DNA of 16,594 nt, taken from contig JASEGQ010000011.1 of the NCBI GenBank assembly GCA_030017875.1, forward strand, positions 1 to 16,594. Reading direction: 5' to 3'. Positions 1 through 6,172 of the stretch are shown piece after piece (position 1 is the stretch's first letter; each line of letters begins with the position of its first letter). Below the pieces are notes generated by a model. That model saw only the letters and a program-made list of their open reading frames with translations, was not told where the DNA came from and did not search any database. This stretch comes from Candidatus Aenigmatarchaeota archaeon. Lineage in GTDB: Archaea; Aenigmatarchaeota; Aenigmatarchaeia; CG10238-14; SCSR01. A program made the position numbers and the translations under genes.

Positions 1-72
1 TTCACAGTCCTGTCTTCAGAGCAGAACTCGACCCTTCCAGCCATCGGTTACGAGCTAATGCTGAAAAAGAAG

Positions 73-1197
73 TTAAGCTCTATACGTTATCGTTAAGGTC
101 ACATCTCTCAAGTCATAGAATGCATTCGGCTCTGTGGAGAAGGATATAAGATTTGTCCCTATGTTCAGAGGAACTTCTGTTCTGTTAAAAGTTTTAGAGA
201 AAAATGCTAGAGGAGGGATGTCTCTAAAGAAAGTCTTATCATTTATTTTGATTGTTATGTCACCTAATGGAATGGTATAGTTTTTGATTCTAAAAGTTAA
301 AACTCCTGATCTAAAGTTTGTAACTTCGTTTACGCCTAGCTCAAAGACAAAGTCCTTATAAAATACTCCCTGGTAGCCTATACCAAATTTTGCGCTTCTA
401 ACCTTATAGACAGTGTTCATCCAAAACTTCCAACCAGGTAAATCAGCGCTTATGGTAATCGTGTTCGATCTCTTGATTTTTTCTTTTTCTAACCGAATAT
501 CAATACTTCCAGGTCCTGCTTTTTGGTTATATATGACCTCTCCATTAAACTCTATTATGAGATTTCCTGCACTGTTCGTATCGTCTATAACCAGAGAGAT
601 GTAGCCTCCTGTCACCATGTTGAACTTCTCCTCTGCCAAACTCTCATGAACCAAATTTATCGGATAGTTTGCAAAGTACCCTCTCACAACTTCAACGTTT
701 TCTTTCGAAGCCAACGTTTCTGAGCCAACTGCGTAGCTAATTGAGAAGTCGTTGAAAAAAATCGATCTAGATGCCTCAACGACCAAAGCTTTTGTTGCAT
801 TAATATTAACAGGAATAGTTTTTCTTCCTCCCGAAAAAGTTATAACTATACTTCCAGAATAAACCTTTTCTATTACGGTGGAAGGAACAGAGATAAAAAC
901 TTTAACAGTTTCTATACCAGAGACATCAAAGTTATTTTTGTCAAAGTATATCCAATTTTTAATTTCTCCAGAGGCAGAGAGGCTAACGTTTGTTGCTGTG
1001 CCGTTCAGAGTAAGGGTAAAGCTTTTGGAAGAGCCGATCTGAATTGCTGAAGAGATAGACTCAGGATAGACTTCGAGCTTGGCAGCTGGTAAGGTAGACC
1101 AAGCGACCATCATGATTATTATCATTATCAAGCCAGCTAGCAAAACAAATGCGAACTCGTCTATTCTCGGCACTTGGCCTTTTTTCAATAAAAGCAC
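73..1197 (-). CDS. hypothetical membrane-anchored or secreted protein (one N-terminal TM helix, beta-rich polar ectodomain)
   Basis: 374-codon ORF with GTG start at 1197 and TAA stop. The N-terminal hydrophobic segment FAFVLLAGLIMIIIMMVAW is followed by a long Ser/Thr/Asn-rich region. I recognise no named motif. Confidence 0.55.
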   Translation of the reverse strand: MLLLKKGQVPRIDEFAFVLLAGLIMIIIMMVAWSTLPAAKLEVYPESISSAIQIGSSKSFTLTLNGTATNVSLSASGEIKNWIYFDKNNFDVSGIETVKVFISVPSTVIEKVYSGSIVITFSGGRKTIPVNINATKALVVEASRSIFFNDFSISYAVGSETLASKENVEVVRGYFANYPINLVHESLAEEKFNMVTGGYISLVIDDTNSAGNLIIEFNGEVIYNQKAGPGSIDIRLEKEKIKRSNTITISADLPGWKFWMNTVYKVRSAKFGIGYQGVFYKDFVFELGVNEVTNFRSGVLTFRIKNYTIPLGDITIKINDKTFFRDIPPLAFFSKTFNRTEVPLNIGTNLISFSTEPNAFYDLRDVTLTITYRA

Positions 1198-1233
1198 CTA
1201 AATTTTAGTTATTAATTTAACAATTAATCTTTT

Positions 1234-1911
1234 ATGAGAATACTAGAAGCTAACTATGAAAAGAAGTTTGCAAAGGTCATGGTGGAGAACAGACTAGACC
1301 TATGGCATCTCGCAAATATACTTGAACCAGGAGACCTAATCACATCAAAAACCCTGAGAACAGTTTTTATCGAAAGATGGGGGGAGAGAGAAAAGGTTGA
1401 AAGAAAGCTTGTTACCCTAACAATTCAACTCGAGAAAATGGTGTTCCAGGATGAAACAAACAACCTTAGGCTCACAGGAAGGATAGTTGAGGCACCAAAG
1501 GAAATCACAATAGGAAGCTACCATACCATAGAGGCCAGAATTCATAGTATTTTATACATTGAGAAAAAGGAATGGAAGCAAGAACACATAGAAAGACTTA
1601 AAAGGGCTGCAAAAGGTATAGAAAGAATAATAAAACCGACTGTGATAGACGAGTTCTTCGTTCACCTGAATAAGAACGATGGCTTGGCAGTTTATGGCTT
1701 TGAGCAAGTTAGAAGTGCTGCCTTGATTGGTGCTGTGAAAGTTGTTTTGATACCTATAGAGAGAATAAAAGACAAGCGAGTCGATGAACTTATAAAAGCA
1801 GTTGAAGAAAAGAGAGGGAAAATAAAGTTTGTAGCAAGGAAAGAGCCTTCTGGAGAAAAGTTTTGCAGAGCTTATGATTTCGCAGCAATACTTAGGTTTC
1901 CCATTTCTTAG
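1234..1911 (+). CDS. Pelota/Dom34-like ribosome-rescue factor lacking the central (eRF1_2-like) domain
   Basis: The N-terminal part (MRILE..ENRLDLWHLANILEPGDLI..IGSYHTIEA) matches the Pelota Sm-like domain 1. The C-terminal part (DGLAVYGFEQVRSAALIGAVKVVLI ... FAAILRFPI) matches the eRF1_3-like domain 3. The protein is only 225 aa against about 340-350 for archaeal Pelota. ATG start, TAG stop. Confidence 0.7.
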   Translation: MRILEANYEKKFAKVMVENRLDLWHLANILEPGDLITSKTLRTVFIERWGEREKVERKLVTLTIQLEKMVFQDETNNLRLTGRIVEAPKEITIGSYHTIEARIHSILYIEKKEWKQEHIERLKRAAKGIERIIKPTVIDEFFVHLNKNDGLAVYGFEQVRSAALIGAVKVVLIPIERIKDKRVDELIKAVEEKRGKIKFVARKEPSGEKFCRAYDFAAILRFPIS

Positions 1912-2044
1912 ATTCTCTCAGAGCTATACATCTTTGTAAATGCGATTTAATTTATGGTGTTTTTATGAGCAAATCTTAATTCCTGAAAAATCTCTTTTTA
2001 TCGGAATTATCTGGAATTTGTTTACAAAAAATCATAGCGAAGAA

Positions 2045-2620
2045 TTACGGAGTCAAACGTTTCAGTTCGTAATAGGTTACGTCTCCCTCTTTATCACAAA
2101 CAGCCCACCACATTGTCGCTCTTATATTATGCGCAAGTCTTACAGCTCTTGACATTTCTGGCAAGGAAAAGGCTGATTCTTCTGCAACAGCTTGGACGAT
2201 GGCCATTGTGTGTTCATGCGGAGCTTTAGGACCTCTCTTTAATTTTACACCCCTTTCATAAATTCTAAAGTGGGCACCAAATTTGTAGCCAGTTTTAACC
2301 AGATAGCCTCTATTTCTTAAATCGCGGTAAACAATAAACTGAGGATGGAACTGATTAACATTTTTACTTCCAATTTCCATTAACTTCTGAAAATCAATTT
2401 TTTTCTTCTTCCCATTTTCTTTAACATAAGCTTTCAACTTTCCTTTTTCGATTAAATACGCGGCTTCGATCAATTCTAGTTCTAATCTATCAGGATTTTC
2501 TTCTGGTTGAGGCTTTCCATATCCAGATTCATCGTATAGAGAAACAGCCTCAGGGCTCCAGATTATCACCCTATTCTCTAGCAGTTCACCTTCCCAAACT
2601 TTTTCTGCCACATCTATCAA
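2045..2620 (-). CDS. endA: tRNA-splicing endonuclease subunit (EndA family)
   Basis: 191 aa, TTG start, TAA stop. The C-terminal catalytic domain aligns without gaps to M. jannaschii EndA as I recall it: YRDLRNRGYLVKTGYKFGAHFRIYERG (Tyr present), PHEHTMAIV (His present), RLAHNIRATMWWAVCDKEGDVTYY (Ala where the catalytic Lys is expected). Confidence 0.9.
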   Translation of the reverse strand: MIDVAEKVWEGELLENRVIIWSPEAVSLYDESGYGKPQPEENPDRLELELIEAAYLIEKGKLKAYVKENGKKKKIDFQKLMEIGSKNVNQFHPQFIVYRDLRNRGYLVKTGYKFGAHFRIYERGVKLKRGPKAPHEHTMAIVQAVAEESAFSLPEMSRAVRLAHNIRATMWWAVCDKEGDVTYYELKRLTP

Positions 2621-2865
2621 CGTTGTATTATTTATAAAAATTAAATTAAAAACTTAAATAAGACTTATTAAAATCTTCTATTCCTATTATTCCTAATTTT
2701 TATACATTCTTTTTCTAAAAATTTGATTTAGTTCTCTCTTCAACTTGTTAAACGTAAAAATTATGATACAAGCTAAAATGTAAGAAAATAAAATAGTTGG
2801 TGTAATCACCAAAGGAAAGCTAACTAATGCTCTCTGTTGCTTTTCTACCAATTAAAATACCTATA

Positions 2866-3288
2866 CTATTTTTGCATATACAAAAAGCCAACTAATACCA
2901 TCAGGATGAAAAGGAAAATAGGATTAAGCAAGATTCCTAACCCAATATAATTGAAAAGAGGACTAATATGGCAACGATCAAATCCTCCAAAAAACCCGAA
3001 AACTATAATAAAAGATAGTGGAAGGATCATTTTTTTAAGTTTTGCAGTTACTCGTGCATGTGTTGTAGGTGCTACTAATGGACCGGTAAGACTAAATATT
3101 GATATAAGTACAAAATGATAACCAGCTAAAATAAATGTAGCTACAATATTTCCTAAACATGTAGTTCTACACCATTCAGCAAAATATGGATAAAATGGTA
3201 AATTAAATAAGAAATTAATAAAAAGAAATAAAGGTATGAGTAAAATCATGCCTATTATTAGAGCAACTAGCATCTCGTACAATCCCAA
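2866..3288 (-). CDS. hypothetical multi-pass integral membrane protein
   Basis: 140-aa ORF that is almost entirely hydrophobic, with about 4 predicted TM segments. ATG start, TAG stop. No recognisable family motif. Confidence 0.5.
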   Translation of the reverse strand: MGLYEMLVALIIGMILLIPLFLFINFLFNLPFYPYFAEWCRTTCLGNIVATFILAGYHFVLISIFSLTGPLVAPTTHARVTAKLKKMILPLSFIIVFGFFGGFDRCHISPLFNYIGLGILLNPIFLFILMVLVGFLYMQK

Positions 3289-3379
3289 CTATCGCACCTT
3301 GAAATACTCTGGCCAGATTTTCTTTTCGACTATCGTCATCTTAACCATTATCTTATAAATTTCTATATTGATAAATTAT

Positions 3380-3910
3380 CTAATCAAACAGTCCTGCCTT
3401 TCTCTTACAACTCTTACAGACTTCCTTTGATTTTCTATCAACATCAAATATCGTATTTGAAAAGCTCATCACACAATTCGGATCTGGGCAATGTGTTAGG
3501 CCAAAGGCCATATGTCCTACTTCGTGAACAGCCTCTTTTACCGCTCTTTCTATTAGTAGTTTTTTGTTAAAAGCTTGCCTGTAAAAAGTCGGATTGAGTC
3601 TGCAAATGGAAATTACAGCGACTCTTCCGTTCATCTGTGCCTGACCAAAGACAAAGTTCAAGTCCTCAGCAAACAGGTCTTGATCTGTAACTGCCAAAAC
3701 CCTTCCCTTGAATTCTTCAAACAAGAAATCTAGAATTTGCGGTGCGACATACTGATGCCTGTAAGGATTGTAGTATTCTTTTGGTAAACCTTTTGGTTCA
3801 GAAATATCAGAAAATATTCTAAAGGAAAGTTCTAGTTCTTCACTAATGGCGCTTAGAACTTCTGTAGGGATTTCGCCAAACGGAACTATTTGTAATCTCA
3901 TAATTATCAA
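3380..3910 (-). CDS. amzA: archaemetzincin (zinc metallopeptidase)
   Basis: The diagnostic motif HEVGHMAFGLTHCPDPNCVMSF...CKSC matches the archaemetzincin signature (HExxHxxGxxxC, then CxM, then a CxxC pair). 176 aa, ATG start, TAG stop. Confidence 0.9.
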   Translation of the reverse strand: MIIMRLQIVPFGEIPTEVLSAISEELELSFRIFSDISEPKGLPKEYYNPYRHQYVAPQILDFLFEEFKGRVLAVTDQDLFAEDLNFVFGQAQMNGRVAVISICRLNPTFYRQAFNKKLLIERAVKEAVHEVGHMAFGLTHCPDPNCVMSFSNTIFDVDRKSKEVCKSCKRKAGLFD

Positions 3911-3955
3911 TCACTTTAAAAGTTTAAGAAGAGAGTGGGACAGGCGAGATTTGAA

Positions 3956-3977
3956 TTCGCGCAGGTTTTTTCCCTGT
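3956..3977 (-). other. tRNA-Phe intron 3 (22 nt, between positions 53 and 54, T arm)
   Basis: Intron sequence is ACAGGGAAAAAACCUGCGCGAA. The central helix pairs exon C48-G51 (CGCG) with intron CGCG at 4 of 4. The 5' bulge is AG|A and the 3' bulge is AA|U. The inner helix is CAGG/CCUG with loop GAAAAAA. Removal restores the T stem GCGAG/CUCGC and the loop UUCAAAU. Confidence 0.8.
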
Positions 3978-4000
3978 CTCGCGACACATCGGTCTTCAGC

Positions 4001-4017
4001 TTCAACGACAATAGCCT
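4001..4017 (-). other. tRNA-Phe intron 2 (17 nt, between positions 30 and 31, anticodon stem)
   Basis: Intron sequence is AGGCUAUUGUCGUUGAA. The central helix pairs exon C25 A26 A27 U28 with intron GUUG (3 Watson-Crick pairs plus one G-U). The 5' bulge is CG|A and the 3' bulge is AA|G. The inner helix is GGC/GUC with tetraloop UAUU. Removal gives the perfect anticodon stem. Confidence 0.8.
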
Positions 4018-4039
4018 CGATTGCTCTCCCGGACTGAGC

Positions 4040-4056
4040 TTACAGCATCAAATTGA
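4040..4056 (-). other. tRNA-Phe intron 1 (17 nt, between positions 9 and 10)
   Basis: Intron sequence is UCAAUUUGAUGCUGUAA. The central helix pairs exon A4-G7 (ACAG) with intron CUGU at 4 of 4. The 5' bulge is UA|U and the 3' bulge is AA|G. The outer helix pairs G1-G3 with C11-C13. Removal joins U8 A9 to G10 of the D stem. Confidence 0.75.
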
Positions 4057-4098
4057 TACTGTCCCCAGCTGTCCCATATTTATTATTCCATTGATAGC

Positions 4099-4107
4099 AT
4101 TATTAAA
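4099..4107 (-). promoter_or_regulatory. candidate TATA box for the tRNA-Phe gene
   Basis: Minus-strand TTTAATAAT lies 24-32 nt upstream of position 4075. That would place the transcription start near 4075 and give a leader of roughly 10 nt ahead of mature G1 at 4065. Confidence 0.3.
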
Positions 4108-4262
4108 GTTTAATTGGTTGATATTTCCTTTCAACCATTTTAACATAATCCGTTCAAGCTATTTTATAAAACCTTAAATCTTTGTTAGTAAATTCTGTCA
4201 ACAAATAAATCATTTAGAATCTCCAATTCCTAGTGCATAGGGACATTTCCTATAGTTAATCT

Positions 4263-4955
4263 TTACCACAAACCTAATCTGTATTTAAACCCTTCTTTTA
4301 CAATAAAAATTAAAACTCCTAAAACTACCCTTATCCCTCTAGCAATACCACTTTTCTCTCTGTATTCTACACTAACAGGCACTTGCTCGATTTTAAGTTT
4401 GTTCCTTAGTGCTTCAACAAAAAGTTCATTTTCGACTATGTAGCCTCCATGGATGTTTTTAATTTTTCTCATCCCATCTTTTGTTAAACCCATAAACCCG
4501 CAGTTGCTGTCTCTTAGATTTGTTCCAAAGAGTAAGTTAAAGGAATTTCTCCAAACAAAATTTCCAAGCTTATGCCGCAAAGGTACTTCCTTCCAGTTTC
4601 TATAGCCAGTAACGAAATCAGCTCTTCCATCTTTTAAAAGTTTAATGATCTTGTTAGCATCTTTAATTTTATATTGTCTATCTGCATCTGCAATTATTAC
4701 GTAACTAATGTCCTTTTTTAGAAAATATTTAAACCCAGTTTTAATTGCCTCTCCCTTACCTTTGTTTGTGTTGTGTCTAAGAACTACAACTTTAGATTTT
4801 TTTGCTAGATCGCTTGTTTTATCTGTAGAACCATCATCAACAACAACTATAGTAGAATTGGGAACATACTTCTTCGTCTCTTTGATTACTGTTTGGATGT
4901 TTTTTTCTTCATTATAAGCTGGTAAAAGCACTCCAATTTTGTCCATTCGACTCAC
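4263..4955 (-). CDS. family 2 glycosyltransferase, dolichol-phosphate mannose/glucose synthase-like
   Basis: VLLPAYNEEKNI...VVVDDGSTDKT...IIADADRQY is the GT-A/GT2 nucleotide-sugar binding signature. There is a C-terminal hydrophobic segment. 230 aa, ATG start, TAA stop. Confidence 0.85.
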   Translation of the reverse strand: MSRMDKIGVLLPAYNEEKNIQTVIKETKKYVPNSTIVVVDDGSTDKTSDLAKKSKVVVLRHNTNKGKGEAIKTGFKYFLKKDISYVIIADADRQYKIKDANKIIKLLKDGRADFVTGYRNWKEVPLRHKLGNFVWRNSFNLLFGTNLRDSNCGFMGLTKDGMRKIKNIHGGYIVENELFVEALRNKLKIEQVPVSVEYREKSGIARGIRVVLGVLIFIVKEGFKYRLGLW

Positions 4956-5054
4956 TCAACGTAAAATTTGCAAAATCAAGCCACAAATTTTCATAGATAC
5001 TTAAATGCTTTAAAGCTTATGATAGTTAGAGAAATTTCTATCGATTGAAAGGAT

Positions 5055-6128
5055 CTACGGTAAAAATTCTTGATTTTTAATTTTTGTTGGTAAGTACTCT
5101 TCTGTAATAAATCTCAAACCTCTACCAGACAGAGCTTCTATTTCTGCTTTTATCTTCTTTTGAATTAAAAGTTTCAGCTCCTTTTGCCATGCTGGATGTT
5201 TAAACCATTCATACTTTAACATCTCCTGTGCCCTTTTTATATCGACCTCTGTTGCCCTTTCTGTGAACTTTTGTAATCCAAACCTTTCTATGTCAGAGAT
5301 GGTCATTCCAATAAACTTTGCGTTTATTGTGCCAAGCCTATCTGAGATATGCGCAAGTGTTATACTGCCATATTTTATAACAGAATAGATATACCAACCC
5401 CATGAATTCGCATCTGTAAGAACATAAACAGGAAGGTTATGTTCTAGCGACAATCTCTGTATCAACCTCCTAACACCTCTTGCGGCCTGGCCCTGACTTG
5501 TAACAAGTATCGACTTATGCTTTTGCCAGAACCTGTCCTCATTCAGCCTCTCATAAACTGCATTTTTTTCCACGACTAAAACAAAATCTGCGTCTACCTT
5601 TTTGAGTTTTATATCTTCAACAACACTTGGCACACCCCATCCACCAGAGCCCATCTTTGAACAGTCAATCGTATCTCCTCTGTCTACGATCACCAATTTT
5701 CCAGCAACTTTGCCTCTAACATCTGCTGCAAGATGTAGTTGCTCTCTCAATATATTAAGGGCAACTTCTAAGTCTACGATGATTGAGTTGCTCTCCACTT
5801 GAGTTTCAAATATGTTTTCGTCTGAATTAGGTAGGGTTCTTTTAAGCGCATAATATGCATCTCTAATGCTGGTGTGGATATTTTCCTTTAGTAGCTCATT
5901 ACAGAATGATGCCATAACTAGAGTTTGCATGAATTTTTTTGCATGTGCTGTATGAAAGAAAAACCTTTTAGCACTTTTCTCCCCCAGAGTTAGCATTCCT
6001 GTCTTTGGGTCATGTATGACATTGCTCAAAGCTCTGATCGGAATATCTATATTTGGGTTCACCCCCTTATCTACATCCTTCAAAATTTTTTCCCCCAAGC
6101 CCCCAAGCTTTTTCTCAGCTTCCTTCAA
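5055..6128 (-). CDS. top6A: DNA topoisomerase VI subunit A (Spo11 family)
   Basis: Catalytic-Tyr region IRDAYYALKR. Toprim motifs VLVVEKNAVYERL and VLTDANSWGWYIY. 357 aa, located directly downstream of top6B on the same strand. TAG stop. Confidence 0.95.
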   Translation of the reverse strand: MKEAEKKLGGLGEKILKDVDKGVNPNIDIPIRALSNVIHDPKTGMLTLGEKSAKRFFFHTAHAKKFMQTLVMASFCNELLKENIHTSIRDAYYALKRTLPNSDENIFETQVESNSIIVDLEVALNILREQLHLAADVRGKVAGKLVIVDRGDTIDCSKMGSGGWGVPSVVEDIKLKKVDADFVLVVEKNAVYERLNEDRFWQKHKSILVTSQGQAARGVRRLIQRLSLEHNLPVYVLTDANSWGWYIYSVIKYGSITLAHISDRLGTINAKFIGMTISDIERFGLQKFTERATEVDIKRAQEMLKYEWFKHPAWQKELKLLIQKKIKAEIEALSGRGLRFITEEYLPTKIKNQEFLP

Positions 6129-6172
6129 CTCTCTTCACCTCTTTCACTGCTTTCTCAGGCCCAGCGAATTCT

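Larger units (their letters stand above)
3936..4065 (-). tRNA. tRNA-Phe(GAA) interrupted by three introns (positions 9/10, 30/31, 53/54); 130-nt precursor, 74-nt mature; CCA not encoded
   Basis: Reading the minus strand from 4065 to 3936 gives GGGACAG UA [17 nt] GCUC AGUCCGGGA GAGC A AUCG [17 nt] G CUGAAGA CCGAU GUGUC GCGAG [22 nt] UUCAAAU CUCGC CUGUCCC A. With the three inserts removed this is a canonical cloverleaf: 7-bp acceptor, GCUC/GAGC D stem, G18G19 and G20, perfect 5-bp anticodon stem AUCGG/CCGAU, loop CUGAAGA, G53-C61 and A73. Confidence 0.85.

Noticed and set aside
1-96. GC-richer first 60 nt and an open plus-strand frame 1..96 at the window edge (possible end of a gene or structured RNA)
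   Set aside because: It is too short and truncated to classify. It overlaps the 3' end of the 73..1197 gene, and I could fold no tRNA-like or rRNA-like motif.
1120-1197. Class III (type IV pilin-like) signal peptide in the 374-aa protein (KKGQ followed by a hydrophobic stretch)
   Set aside because: Charged residues (PRIDE) separate the putative Gly cleavage site from the hydrophobic core. That does not fit the prepilin peptidase substrate pattern, so I treat the segment as an ordinary signal anchor.
2621-2865. AT-rich 245-nt spacer with the short direct repeat TTCCTATTATTCCTAATT and a GGTG-TAAT-CACC mini-hairpin; considered as a repeat array or small RNA
   Set aside because: The repeats are too short and few for a CRISPR or other array. 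The composition looks like ordinary promoter or terminator spacer between endA and the membrane-protein gene.
4066-4075. Starting tRNA-Phe at the upstream GGGACAG copy (4075)
   Set aside because: The spliced product would carry C8 U9 instead of U8 A9 and would need a 27-nt intron. The downstream copy gives the canonical junction with the same BHB helix.
3846-4177. Plus-strand ORFs 3846..4037 and 3935..4177
   Set aside because: They overlap the amzA 5' end and the minus-strand tRNA-Phe gene. They are short, of low complexity and without motifs, so they are shadow ORFs.
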